Assembly: GCA_950097015.1 (NCBI GenBank)
Contig: CATNEN010000038.1
Location: 33,232,001 to 33,296,000 of the forward strand
Length of the DNA: 64,000 nucleotides
From: Macrostomum hystrix
Taxonomy: Eukaryota > Animalia > Platyhelminthes
Direction of reading: 5' to 3'
Of the stretch, positions 1 through 12,629 are shown in pieces. A program made the position numbers and the translations under genes. Within the stretch, counting starts at the first letter, position 1; each line of letters begins with the position of its first letter. The notes beneath the pieces are model-generated. The model searched no databases. It saw only the letters and a list, made by a program, of their open reading frames with translations, and was not told the DNA's origin.

Positions 1-145
1 TCTATGAAAAGAGAAGTTAAATTTTGTTCCACAAGCTAACATCTTAAAATATACCTTGCAGACTATAGAACAGATTTACAAAAAGTCTATTGGATGAAAG
101 GCTGTTTGTGCTAGATTGTTTTTAATTATTTTAAAAGTAACTATA

Positions 146-411
146 TTCTCAGCAACAGTCAAAAGTGACACCTCTAGCAAGAGAACACTTTTCTCTCTCC
201 TCTCACTTGTCTGCAAGTGATGCAACTTGCACCATGGCATAAGCTAAGGTTGAAGGAAAATGGGTAAATTGCAAGCATTGGTGTGGAAATAAACATTTTT
301 TAGAATTGAAATCCCCAATGCATGAAGTAAGTTATATCACTCTTGACTGAAGTGATATAGAGAAAATTTTTCTCCTTCATTAGATGTGTCACTTTTGACT
401 GTTGCTAAGTA
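146..411. mobile_element. Tc1/mariner-type MITE (~266 bp)
   Basis: Inverted termini CT(C/T)AGCAACAGTCAAAAGTGACAC at 148-171 and 386-409, flanked by TA on both sides; no coding capacity. Confidence 0.75.
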
Positions 412-1127
412 TATACCTACACTTATTTAACAACTTAACACAGTAAACATACTTATTACTGTTTTCTTGCTAATAAGAAAAAACAGACATTAAAACTTGA
501 AGACCGACATTGTTATACATTTTTTTAGTCCTGTACAAATCATGTACAAATGGGTATGAAAATATTACATTCAATATAGCAGAATAAAGCTTGGAAACTT
601 GCCTTTTAAACATTGGGAAGTCTGGATTACTAGCTAAATAGACATAAAAAGAGTTAATCATCTATGACTCCAGCCATGTAGGAATATTATATCAATTTCA
701 ATATAATACAATACCTATAATAAGCTATGTAACACTGTATGATAAAAATATGCAACACAATGCTTGGTTTATGAAATAATTTTCAGCTGGGCCTAATTCA
801 TATTATATAAATGATCTAAACATGCTAGCTGATATAGGCTATAGATCTTATATAGTATTTTTAGCTTCTATATAATTATAATAAAGGGAAATAAACTTGA
901 TATGTAAACAAGAACAGCATTTTTAATGCTAGCAATGCATATCAAGAATGAAATTAATAGGCCTACAAAGTACAAACTAGGATAAACTGATTCACATAAT
1001 AAAAAATATAGAAATCAACCCTAAAGTAAAAAAGCTTTATTTCACAAAAGTTCATTGAACTTTTCATAATCAAAATAATGCTTACAACAATACAACTAGA
1101 ACAAACAAAATTGCAACAAATTGGGTT

Positions 1128-1499
1128 AAACCAGAGTTTGAATCATGGCTAAACCAGAGTTTGAATCATGGCTAAACCAGAGTTTGAATCATGGCTAAAC
1201 CAGAGTTTGAATCATGGCTAAACCAGAGCTTGAATCATGGCTAAACAAGAGTTTGAATCATGACTAAACCAGAGTTTGAATCATGGCTAAACCAGAGTTT
1301 GAATCATGGCTAAACCAGAGTTTGAATCATGGCTAAACCAGAGTTTGAATCATGGCTAAACAAGAGTTTGAATCATGGCTAAACCAGAGTTTGAATCATG
1401 GCTAAACCAGAGTTTGAATCATGGCTAAACCAGAGTTTGAATCATGGCTAAACCAGAGTTTGAATCATGGCTAAACCAGAGTTTGAATCATGGCTAACC
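1128..1499. repeat. Minisatellite, 23-bp unit AAACCAGAGTTTGAATCATGGCT, ~16 copies
   Basis: Directly visible near-perfect tandem array. Confidence 0.97.
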
Positions 1500-1858
1500 C
1501 AGCGTTTGTGTAACTTGTGTAATTCTGCTCCAATGGGGCTCTTGGTGTAGAGACACTTTCTTGGTGTCAGAAAGTATGCGAGCTCATTTTTTTCGAGATC
1601 GTTTTTGTTAACTTTAATGCGGGTTTTGTCTTTATGCATTACACAATATTTTTTGTCTGAACAGTAGTGCCCCCCAAGGGGGGGGGGGCTTAGCGTGCTA
1701 GTGTGTTCTATTTTTATCCACTTCAAATCAAATTTTCTCTATTTTTGGTTTCAAAGCAAATAATTTACTAATCAGTACTTACATTTTTTCATGCGCTTTT
1801 ATTTATGTAAGTTTGAGTGTGCTACTATACTAAAATAAAAAAATGTTAAAGAAAAGTA

Positions 1859-2104
1859 ATGTTTTCAAATAATTTCGATTGCAAAAATTCAGCAACATGC
1901 GAAGAATTGTTGTCGAATTCCCAGGTAATCTATTTTCATATTTTTTGTTCGTTATACTTGAAAAACGATGAATGTTGTACGTGCGCTTCGCTAGTAGACT
2001 GTCTAAATGTTTGCGAACTACACGATCGTACAAATCGACATTCGGTGATACAATTGATTTGGAAAACGTCGGCATTATTGAACAGGTTAATACGAACTAT
2101 TTGA
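1859..2104 (+). pseudogene. Possible C2H2 zinc-finger ORF remnant of a CACTA element
   Basis: CCTCASLVDCLNVCELHDRTNRH fits C-x2-C-x12-H-x5-H; weak similarity (TSALLN) to 3899-4159 near the left end of the inner element. Confidence 0.3.
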
Positions 2105-4736
2105 GTGCATTCCGTAAAAAGAATCGGCAACGTCCGAATACGTCTACATTCGACGTTTTCTAACGTCCATTTTAGACGTCCAACAGACGTCGGTTAAATG
2201 GGAAACCTGCTATTCCGCAATTGACGTCGTGCGACGTCGGTCATAGGTCGGAATATAGACGTCGGTCAGACGTCGGATGACGTCGGATTGTTGTACGGGC
2301 TTATTGATTACTACATTACATTTGTCATGTAGCAATCGGCCGACTCCAGTCAGATTTTCGGTACACTGTCCTCTGCTGTCCATCAAGGGTCCAAATCAAT
2401 CGCGAGTCCTGCAACGTCAAGAGGCTTCCGCTGTGCTACAGTGCCTAATGCTTCACCCCCAATTCATCAACTATGTCTGCCAGGAGCCAGTTGCTCGACT
2501 TCAGTTGCTTCGGCAGTCATCCCGGGTCAAACGCCAAGGGGAGCGCATCAGTATCCCAGAAGAGTACGATTGACGCCATTGTTATTCTAATTTCAATCGT
2601 GTTGCAGGCTTACCGCATTTATGCAAGCACTCGTACTTACGTACTTATTTAAGTTGAAATTCTGCTCATTAATTTACTACAAATACTTAACACTTTTACA
2701 TTTAACAGGGAACATTTTCGGCCATACCCCAGCTAGAAGTTTTTGCCAGAAGTCAGGTCGAAGCTTGTGGGCATGAGTGGGGGTCAATCGAAGGTAATTT
2801 ATTATATAATTCACTAAATGCACGCATTAATTTAGCACACTTTTTTACAGCGCAGCCTATACAGCGTTTTTTTCACCGCTTTATTAAGGACTCTACTGCC
2901 TCCAGCTACTCAATCTTCGCGAGATAATGAAGATAAAGTCTACGCTAGAGACGATGCCTACTCAAGCTGCAACTGCCGCACAACTGCCGTTTGACCTACC
3001 CGTCAGTAATAAGACAGATCTGAAAAGGGCGGTGGAAGCCTTGCGCTCCAATTCCGATCTCCGTACTGTGCTGGTAATGAGCAATTTCTGTTTTCTGCTG
3101 TTGTACCAGTCGAATTTTGCACTCATATGCACTCATTTGTCTATCTGTGACACAGCTACGCAGCCAACTATAATCTGCGTACATTGCACGTCTATTGTCA
3201 AAAGGTGTCCCAAGAAATACGCTTGCCATATCAATAACAAAGATACTGTCACCTGCCGATGCAGTTTCTCTCCCTTTGCGATCAGAATTCTCATCCGGAT
3301 CAGATAGGATTTACAATTTATATTTTAGACATCACAACTGCGGACAAAGTGCATTGCCTCAACAGTGACTCAGTCTGTGCGCTACGCCATAAATGAGCTG
3401 ATAGCCCGAGATTTCCAACGACACTTCAACCGGACGGGTGGCAAGGACACGCGAGGGAATTCAGCAGGCCCAACCAAACACTCATTTGACAGCTCATTCG
3501 GCGAGATTCTCAAAGGCAAGTCAATCTAATTGAGTATTTGAACCATAAAGTTATGGACTAATGAGCTACAATATTATTGCTAACCATTAAGATCCAGACT
3601 ATTCATAGATTCCGCACTGCTATTCCCTATACACTTGACTGAACCCACTAAAAACGGGTTATCGGATTGACATCGGAATCTGGCCGGATTTTAGCAGGGC
3701 AATCGGAATCTGGTGGAACTAGATTTGCAAGCAAAAAAACTATGAAAAATGTGCTCCAATGACATCCAAAAACTACACAAAGTATTTCCTGGCTTTCTTT
3801 GCTTCTCGGAAGCACCCCGGAAACATACCGGAATATGAGGCTCCATATTCCGACCGGAATTTACACTGCACCCGAGCCGTCACTTTCCGACAATAATTTT
3901 GAACGCAAGCTTCGCAAAAATATCAGCATACTTATCAACTAGTATGATGACTGTCCACTTTGAAGAAAAAACTCTTTTAGACGGGAATTCTGCGCCCTCG
4001 CAATTTGCAAGAAGAACAGCTAGCAAGCTTTGTTTTACGCGATCAAGTGTTGAAGCTATTGACCAGTTTAATTTGCACACTTCCATTTTCACTAATTTGC
4101 GCTCGCTTGGAACATCAGCTCTTTTGAACACAGCTCCTTTAGCCAACACAGGACAGTGAGACCACAACTTTGAACTCTCTGCAATTAACTTCATCTGTGG
4201 TTACACGCAAATACTATACTAGTATGCTACTCCTTTCGTTCATTTAGTGCATTTCTTTAGTCTCCTATTATCTTGTATGCTTGAATTTTTTACTGGCGGA
4301 CTATATAATCGCTAATTTCAGTAATAAAATATATTATTATTGTTTATTTGTGATAACAGCTAGCCAAAACTATTATACTATACCTAAAAAGAACAATTTG
4401 GTATACTGCAATACTGCATAGTGAGTTTTGACCATAGTGGCACTTGCAGAAGCTTATTAATATTTGAGTACAGTATATGATAGGCACCAATTGTCCAGCT
4501 ATACATAATATATACTGACATTGTACTATACTCATAGCCAGTTTCAATTCAGACCATCGCAAAGTAGTAAACAAGGGCCAATTCTATAAATTCTATCTAG
4601 TGCTAGTCCTAGATTTCTCATATTGAAAGAGACTGCAAATTAAAATAATTGACTACATTGTGTACTAAAAACATATAAGGCAAAAGCTAGTTCTAATAAT
4701 AAATAAGTATTGTCATTTATTGATTAATTTGATTTA

Positions 4737-6647
4737 ATGGCTTTGCCAAGTCGTGCATCAAATAGACAGGTAGCCAGGGAAATGCAAGAAATACTACAAG
4801 AGCTTCCGACGATTGGGGCTACAAATATTGAGGCTAGGCTAGATCTAGAAAATGTGATGGGACAAAATGAAGATACAAAGAGCAATGCTGAGCCTGAAGA
4901 GACATTCTTTGATGCAGTGGGTCCAATGCCAATGGACTTTGATAGCCAAATGCATGCTCTTTTTGAGGAAGAAATGGATGAAGAAGTTGAAGAACAAGAT
5001 GACTCTCTTGGCTATAATAGACCTCCGCCACTTACTTTGGTGCAAGAGTTACTATTGTTTTACATAACATTCAATATTACTAGTGCTGCCATGAATTACC
5101 TACTTCGGCTTTTGGCTCGTTTCTTCACTGACATACCCACTTCTGTCTACATGCTTAAGAGGCAGTGTCCAAGCACAGAGATCACGAGGTTCAATGTCAA
5201 TAATGGTCATGTTGCCTTTCTCTCCATTGTGGACAATTTGAAATTTTTACTTGATTCCAAAATCCTTACAATTCCATCTGGAATTACAAACTTCTTTGTT
5301 TCCTTAAGGGTAAATGTTGATGGTCTTCCTTTATTCAAGTCATCTAGAATCAATCTTTGGCCTATATTGATGCTAGTAAATAATTGTTTTAGACCTGTGC
5401 CATTTGGCCTTTTTTGTGGCATTGGAAAGCCTGACCTACATGTCTTCTTAGAAAGGTTTTGTTCTGAAATTGCAGGTCTACAGAATGGTTTTGACTATAA
5501 TATGAAAAGAATTTTTATTAAGTCAATTGTCTTTATCTGTGACACACCTGCTAGAAACTTTATTCAATGTTTGAAAGGTCATTCCAGTTATCTTGGCTGT
5601 AGTTGGTGTCGTCAAGTAGGAAATTACACAGGTGACAGAATTTGTTTTTCTAATACCATTGCAGAGGCTCGAACAAATCAAGATTATGAACAAGGGCGTG
5701 AAAATAACCAACTTGGTATTTCTCCACTAGCCAGGATTGTTCCAATGTATTCCAATTTTGTACCCGACCCAATGCATATTGTCTACTTAGGGGTTGTAAA
5801 GAAGTTGCTCAAATTTTACTTCCTTGGAGCAAAGCACATTCGACTTGCTTGCAAGTTGTCATCCCAATTAAAAGAGGAAATAAATAGAAAAATAATGTAT
5901 ATTAAGGAATTTGTTCCTTCAGATTTTCAAAGACGGCTTCGCACTTTTGCTGACATTGAATACTTTAAAGCAACGGAATTCCGCCAATGTCTTTTGTACT
6001 TTGGTCCGTTCCTTTTTAAGAATACCTTGCCAAAGGTCTACTTTAATCATTATCTATTATTGCATTGGTCAATTTCAGTCCTTAATTCACCTGAGTACTG
6101 TGAAATTTATTTTGATGCTGCTGAGGCTTGTTTGAAAAAGTTTGTTGCTGAGGCACCAAGCCTATATTACAACAGTGTAGTTTCTTATAATTGGCATGCT
6201 CTGTTGCACCTTCCTGAGTTTGTGCAAATGTATGGCCCACTTGACACGTTTTCAGCTTTCCCTTTTGAAAACTACTTGCAATTGATCAAGAAGAGAATTC
6301 GTTGTACCAATCATGTTTTTGCCCAATCTGTCAACCAGTTGTTGAATGTGAGATTTTTATATTCTAATGACAAGTTGGGTGACATTGGTTTTACTAATAA
6401 GAGTCCTAATAACTGTGCTATTGTTGATGGAAAGGTTGTCATTGTCACCAATTTAAATGATGGTCTTATTTCAGGCCAGGTTCTCACATTTGATAGAAGC
6501 CTTTATTCCTATCCATATCCATCAAAATCAATTGGCATAGGCTACTATAAGCATTCAAAGACATTTGTATCCAACTTGCAACCTTCTAAGAAGGCCATTC
6601 TAATTCCCTTTGGCGGAGACTATCTGGTCATTCCTTGCATCAAGTAA
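4737..6647 (+). CDS. CACTA/EnSpm-type transposase (636 aa, intronless, intact)
   Basis: Family motifs NVDGLPLFKSS..LWPIL, ICDTPAR..GH..Y.GC..C, DPMHIVYLGV, P.DF.R..R...FKATEFR..LLY, YNWH.L.HL, GPL...SAFPFEN. Confidence 0.92.
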   Translation: MALPSRASNRQVAREMQEILQELPTIGATNIEARLDLENVMGQNEDTKSNAEPEETFFDAVGPMPMDFDSQMHALFEEEMDEEVEEQDDSLGYNRPPPLTLVQELLLFYITFNITSAAMNYLLRLLARFFTDIPTSVYMLKRQCPSTEITRFNVNNGHVAFLSIVDNLKFLLDSKILTIPSGITNFFVSLRVNVDGLPLFKSSRINLWPILMLVNNCFRPVPFGLFCGIGKPDLHVFLERFCSEIAGLQNGFDYNMKRIFIKSIVFICDTPARNFIQCLKGHSSYLGCSWCRQVGNYTGDRICFSNTIAEARTNQDYEQGRENNQLGISPLARIVPMYSNFVPDPMHIVYLGVVKKLLKFYFLGAKHIRLACKLSSQLKEEINRKIMYIKEFVPSDFQRRLRTFADIEYFKATEFRQCLLYFGPFLFKNTLPKVYFNHYLLLHWSISVLNSPEYCEIYFDAAEACLKKFVAEAPSLYYNSVVSYNWHALLHLPEFVQMYGPLDTFSAFPFENYLQLIKKRIRCTNHVFAQSVNQLLNVRFLYSNDKLGDIGFTNKSPNNCAIVDGKVVIVTNLNDGLISGQVLTFDRSLYSYPYPSKSIGIGYYKHSKTFVSNLQPSKKAILIPFGGDYLVIPCIK

Positions 6648-7348
6648 ATCAAGTTATTTGCCTGAAGTCCATCGTCCATAATTGTGTCTTGCCTAAGTTG
6701 TTTACAAATTTAATTGTGTATACAGTCAGCAAATATAATTTAATTAGGTCTAGAATAAAAAAATATATAATTCCATATATATTATATAATATTGAAGTAG
6801 TATAGCCATTATAGCCATTAACAAACTAAAGCATTTGTTCGGATCATGGTATGAAATAAGATGATCATTATTATTTTTATTATTATTATTAATTAATTTT
6901 ATTACAAAAAACAATTATTATTGTTTTGTATAATTTCTATGCTTTATTATAACCTTCCTAAGTGCTTGCAAATATGAGTACGTATTATTTAAGTAATGTG
7001 TCCTTCAATGTGAATGTCCTAGTCAGACTATTTATGATTTTTGTGGCAGAATTCTAGTGTAAATGTATTTTGACAAGTTGTCTACTAGTAAGTTAGCAAG
7101 TAGCAATAGGCCCCTATGAACAATTCAATAAACATTTTTTGTGTATCCTCTAAATTTGTAACTCACTTGTTCCAATGGAATAATTACATGTTATGTGCCA
7201 TATTATGCTGTAAAAACTTTAGTTACTGCTTGGCCAACATTACACCACAATGAGTAAATAGTCCTTCTTAGTACATGCAGTGTCTTGTGCAGTTGCTAAA
7301 TCATTAAATAATAAAACTTTAGTTCAGTAATCTTGTTGCAGTGACTCA

Positions 7349-9859
7349 ATGAAGTTTATTGTGTATTTTACCTCTGACTATGAAGTAATAGAAGCTGATG
7401 AGGAAGATTGCCTTCTTGGCTCTTTTACTAAGTGGACTATTGAGCAATGGAGGCAAGTGGACAAACTTGAAGAAGTTCATATTCAGGTAATATATAATGA
7501 CAAGTTGGAAGATTGCATTGTTTTGCAAGTTGTTCCACATGCCTGTGACACCAGTGACACTGTAGCCATGCTACGAGCTGTGGTCAAAGAGAAGCACTAT
7601 CGTCCAAGCAAGCTACTAAAGATTCTGCCAGATCGTGTTCGATCCAACAAAAGACAGACATTTCCTCCTATGAAGAATCTTGAGACAGACAATGATGCAA
7701 CAGATATTGATGCTGTAAGTATAATGTAAAATAATATTTAATTTAATATTTAGTATACAACTAAGGTCTGCCACGTGCGTTAATATAAAATATAAAATAA
7801 TATAATTGTAGGTTGCTGATGCAGCCAGCCATGGACAAGCCAACCGGGGTCCCACACAGAGAAGTGAATCATTGTCTGGGTCTTCTGGTGTTGTTTGCCT
7901 CCCTCCACTGCCAACTCTGCAAGCTTCGGGAATTGCAGAAGTACGTGCTTACATTTGTGTCTATTTAAAAATGTCAAGCATTTATAGTCTTTATGTATTC
8001 ATGCATTTGGAGTACAGTATGCTTATTAATTTCAAATTATTGCACTTGGCAGTTTGCCAGACATATTACAAAATAATTGAGACAGTTTTAATAGTTTGGA
8101 TTTTATTCTTTTCTTTAATTTCTCTAATCTAACACTGTCTTCACCTCACCCCAATGCCAGGCTAGCGTGACGGCTTGTTGTCACACATCACATTGTTATG
8201 TTTATATCTATACACCTCTGTTATGTCTGCATCATCTCATTCAATGCGTGTATGGTTACTGTTGAGTATATCATTTCTCCTACTATGTTACAGATTAACG
8301 TGCTGAGAAAAAAATTATCTATTCTAATCATTTCTTTACCAACCCAGGCCTACGACGGCACAATGGCGCAGAGCACTGTCAGGAAACTTCAGAACCGCAC
8401 CTCCATGGCACCTCCACCAGAACCGCAGTCGATCGACAGCCCAGCCTTTGAGCGACTGCACCCTCAAGCAGCTCTCAATTCGTCTGGAAGCTCGACGCCT
8501 ACTCGACACCCGTCTAGGCAGTTTTCGTGCACTCCAACTTCAGCCCCAAGAGCCAGCTTCTCGCGCGAACAGCTGCGACAGCCTGCGCAGGTAATTTGTA
8601 AAACTCGTTTCATGAAGTCTTGCAACAGTTTTTTTCAGAACTTGCCACGGTTTCTAACGAAAATTTAATCCACAGTTTTCAGCTCTGCCTCAGCTGGAAA
8701 CGCAAGCCAGAAGCCAGGTTGAGGCTTGTGGGTACACGTGGGGATCTGTTGAAGGTAATGGAGTTATTGTTATTGACGCTGAGATAGCAGTAGTTGACAA
8801 CAGCCGCAAAATGTAACTGGTGACCAGCGCACACTCGTTGCTTGAACAGCTAGGTGGATGAAATCGACAGCGTCTAGCTTGGAACTGGCACGTAAATTGA
8901 AGTTAATTTACTATGCAACTTTCAACTCATTATTCAGGGCTCTACTGTCTGCAGCTCTTGAGCATTCGCGAACTCATTAAGCTAAAGGCCACGATTGAGT
9001 CGTCCAGTCTCCGGGGAGCTGCTGCGGCACCCACGCTCGAAATTCCATTCGGGCTTCCTGTCGCAAACGAGGCCGACCTCAACAGTGCAGTCGAGAAGAT
9101 TTCTGCCAGTGCGGAGGCCAAGACTGCGCTGGTTAGTTAATATCTTATGAGCATTTCTCTTACTATTAAACTTCCACCATGCGTTCGGAACTTCGGTACT
9201 GTAGACTCGGGGAAATGGTCCAGACGCTTTCATGTGTGAATTTTAGACTTCGTTCATTCAGAAAAAGTGCCTGGGCCCTTCTGTGACTCAGTCTGTTCGC
9301 TATGCGATGAACGAGCTTCTGGCGCGAGACTTCCAGCAGCGCTTCAATCGCACTGGCGGCAAGGATGCCCGAGGCCGTGGCCAACAAGAGAACTCCAAGA
9401 TGTCTTTCGACAAGTGCTTTGGAGGGATTGTGAAGGGTAGGTTATGCTTTACTGTCGCATATGTACCAATTACCAGAGTTGATTCTTAATAGTGATATCA
9501 ATAGTGATATACTGTCTGATACAACGTACTGATAAATGTACGGGGTGGGTACTGCCATAACCATACGTATTCATGCCGTAATTCATACATGTATTTCTCT
9601 CAGGTCAACAGTTGTGGACTTGACAACCTGCTTATGTTGTGATTGTCAAATTTCAGACGCGTTGGGCTCTTCATTTACGCTGCACGACATCAATAAGGCA
9701 ATCGAACGGTTCTTCGATGGCGTCCGGAAGCGTCGAAGCCACGAGGGATCAGCTGAATCGGACGTGGCCGGCGGGCATGGCGCCCCCACTCCAAGCAGGC
9801 GTCGCTCGACGATGCGAGTGCAACGCATATCCGACAGCACTGACGAGGAAAATATGTAA
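7349..9859 (+). CDS. Second CACTA gene, DUF4806/BEN-like DNA-binding protein; exons 7349-7714, 7812-7940, 8348-8590, 8676-8754, 8938-9131, 9247-9436, 9657-9859
   Basis: GT-AG junctions give one continuous frame. The C-terminal LPV..ADL...VRYAMNELL...F.RTG..K.SF...INKAIERFFDGVRKR pattern is typical of DUF4806 proteins found next to EnSpm transposases. Confidence 0.72.
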
Positions 9860-11389
9860 CTTGGTGGCATAGTAAAAAATTGTCCCTTTCGTCGAAACTT
9901 CGCGCTAACTTAAATTTTAACTGCTCCGAGACCGAAATGCTAGTGTAGTACAACTGGGTTTGAAGGCCGCGAATTTGAACAGTTTCACTACAGCAATTTA
10001 ACGTCTTCAGTTCACTCGCAGCGCAGCGCCTTACAATTGTTCACTCGATTGCAGCGCGCTTTTCAAACTGGTGCGATTATATTTTAATTAGACAACGATT
10101 AAAATAATTTATAATTAATATTTGCTTTATTTTCAAGGGTCAAAAAAGTAGAAATTAATAACATAATAATGCTATTTGCAATTGCTATAGTTACTATATA
10201 GCAACAATTAAATATTTAGTGCAATTTTAACAGAACATTTCCAGCCGCACTACACTAGGCCTAATCAAATTGACCTAACAACTATAAAATACTTGTCGAA
10301 CTGTCTCCAACCTGCACCCTATTAGTGACTGCTTTGGTGGCCCACCACGCGTTGCTGCAATGTTCTATTTTGTAAACACTAAATAAACACTTATTATTCC
10401 TTTCCATCTGCTGCCATTGAGCAATTTTGTATTTGATGTAAAATGATGCACACCCGGTCTTTGTGTCATTGAATTTTCAGACGGGATCGGGCTGTCTAAA
10501 TGTACATGCATGACTGCGTGTACACTGATCTTCGGCTACATTGTAGCACATGCATGTTTGTACTCGCTTTGTGCTTCGTCATTTATATCAGCTCGGAAAG
10601 TGAAACGAAAAGCTCTGGATGAGTCCGATCGTCAAATCCGATCAGAATCCGAATGGATTTCCCGGGACAAATTTCCACTCGGTTTCCGAGCTGCATTTCC
10701 GATCGGAATCCGACCAAGCTTTTTTAGTGGGAAGTTGTAATCTTACGTTTCTTGATGCAGGTGCACTGACATCCAAGTTTTCGTTATCGGAAATAAACAA
10801 GGCCGTTCAAACGTTCTTTGATGGGGCTCGAAAGCGGCAGAGCCAAGCAGCTGGACCCAGCGACGAAGAAGCAGGCGACGAACAAACGAGCGAGCCACGG
10901 AGAAGGGAGAAGAGAACGCACCAACCAGATATTGGTTCTGACAGTGATGAAAATTGAAATGTTAGGACTGGATTTTGACTATCCTGTGTTTGCAGCTGCG
11001 AAATCGATCACCTTAGAATGCAAATTACGACTTGTAATTTTCTAGCTCTGGTGCAGCGATTGTGACTGAAATGTATTCTCTCCGATAGAATAAGACAAAA
11101 AAATGAAAAAATTTGATGTGATTCTCATCATTTCTAAACTATTCTCTAACACTCTCCGAAAATTTTGTGCCCACTCTAAAATGTAGATGTGCATGTGGCC
11201 AGAGGTAACTTTTTCAGCCAAAAGTGCACTTTTAATGCATGTCAACTGTTTAAGCGAAATGGAAAAGTCTTGATTGGCTTTCATATTATTTGTTGAACTT
11301 TACACTACCTAATGCCATAAAATGGTAATGGATACTACACTGTGAAAGGCAGGGTGGAAATTAATCAGAAAAGGTCCGAGGTTAATCGG

Positions 11390-11545
11390 AAGAGTGCAGA
11401 AATCAATCGGAAAACAACGGAAATTAAACGGAAATAACCGATCGGAAACCGGCCACCATAATCCGATCGTTCCGACCGAGACTAATTCCGATCGTATTTC
11501 CGATTGGCAGTTCCGATCGGATTCCGATTGCCATTTTTCAGTGGG
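11390..11545 (+). mobile_element. Right end of the middle CACTA element
   Basis: Clustered CCGATCGG/AATCGGAA subterminal repeats ending in TTTTTCAGTGGG followed by AA; no matching left end found in the window. Confidence 0.75.
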
Positions 11546-11577
11546 AATATTTTGAGTTCGTATGTCTTCATCCACAG

Positions 11578-12243
11578 ATTCTGAACGCACTTGTCGCTGT
11601 GGCTGCCTCTCAACATGCCGGTGCTGTTTCTTTAATGCATTATGAAGTCGATAAAATTCTTTCTGGCGATGAACATCAGTTTGCAACTCCTTTGATAGAT
11701 AAGCTACATCAGGTAACTATCGTTGCAAATCCTCTTTGCTACTCATGCCTCATGTAGCTCGTAATATCAGACTGTTGACTTAAATTTCAGTGGACTTGCT
11801 TACCCACGACCCCTTGTCAAGTTTTACTCGCATGTGTAACCACTTTGTCTCAAGCTTTCTTTATAGATTCATGTATCGTTTGGGCATTTGCTACTGCAGC
11901 TTGATTATAAATGTTTGTAGTATCAATCTAGCTGATACTACAAGTATACAATTTATTAGTAAATAATGGCAGGCTCGCATGACAGCATAGTCACATTTTA
12001 CAATATAACCCTATCGTTATTCTAGGTGAAGACTGCAATTGTTGGGCCAATTTACCGAAATCAGCACTTTATGCTCCTGTTCGTCAACTTTTTGCAAGAC
12101 AGTGTATCAGTTTTGGATCCTCTCAGATCATCTGAACAGTTAACCTTACCTTTCTGCAGTACTCTGAAGTAAATGCAGTTTCTTATTTTTGTTTATTTTA
12201 TAGAAATTCATTGAACCACCGCATCCAGTACATTTTTGGCCAA
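11578..12243 (+). pseudogene. Ulp1/SENP-like (C48) cysteine protease fragment of the outer CACTA element; exons 11578-11712, 12026-12168, 12204-~12243
   Basis: Not in the ORF track. Spliced translation ILNALVAVAAS...VKTAIVGPIYRNQHFMLLFVNFLQDSVSVLDPL carries the catalytic His and Asp context. The catalytic Cys segment is absent, and Polinton-derived DNA follows at 12244. Confidence 0.65.
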
Positions 12244-12430
12244 CTTACTCCTCATCCTCTTGTTATCTCCGCCAGATTTATTTTCTGTCGGCTTATTTTT
12301 TGTCCGTTTTTTGGGGTAGGCGACTTTTTCTTTTGCCAGTGAAACTGGTAAGCAGTGACGTTGATGATGATGAAGCTGCTGGCGGAGGCTGGTATGTCAT
12401 TACCCCGGGAAAACTTCCTCTGCCACAGAG
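12244..12430 (+). repeat. ~186-bp direct copy of Polinton sequence 17510-17695
   Basis: Near-identical sequence CTTACTCCTCATCC...CTTCCTCTGCCACAGAG at both places. Confidence 0.95.
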
Positions 12431-12629
12431 GAAGCAATCTAACAATCTAACAATCTAACAAATTGCTTATACATTTAAATGGTTGTTTCGGCCTTCAAAA
12501 CGAAGTATCTTTGTGATCACGGCTAGTGCTAATTATACCTCACTCATGCTATAACTTGTCTTCAGTGACTGATGTAGCAGCCTACCTGTTAATACCAGCT
12601 TGACACGTGTGCTATAGAAGTAAAATTAA

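Larger units (their letters stand above)
3644..10731 (+). mobile_element. Apparently complete autonomous CACTA/EnSpm (CMC) transposon, ~7.1 kb
   Basis: Termini CCCACTAAAAA (3644) and TTTTTAGTGGG (10731), 2-bp AA flanks on both sides, subterminal TCCGATCGGA-like palindromic repeats, and a transposase plus second gene inside. Removing it restores a ~155-bp intron of the flanking gene. Confidence 0.82.
2709..10957 (+). pseudogene. DUF4806/BEN-like accessory gene of the middle CACTA element; exons 2709-2793, 2889-3073, 3329-3515, 10761-10957; last intron contains the inner element; 5' part not resolved
   Basis: Exon-by-exon paralogy and matching splice phases with the gene at 7349-9859 (IPQLEVFARSQVEACGHEWGSIE / GLYCLQLL / VTQSVRYAINELIARDFQRHFNRTGGKD / EINKAVQTFFDGARKR). 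The donor at 3516 is GC (AAAG|GCAAGT). Confidence 0.75.
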
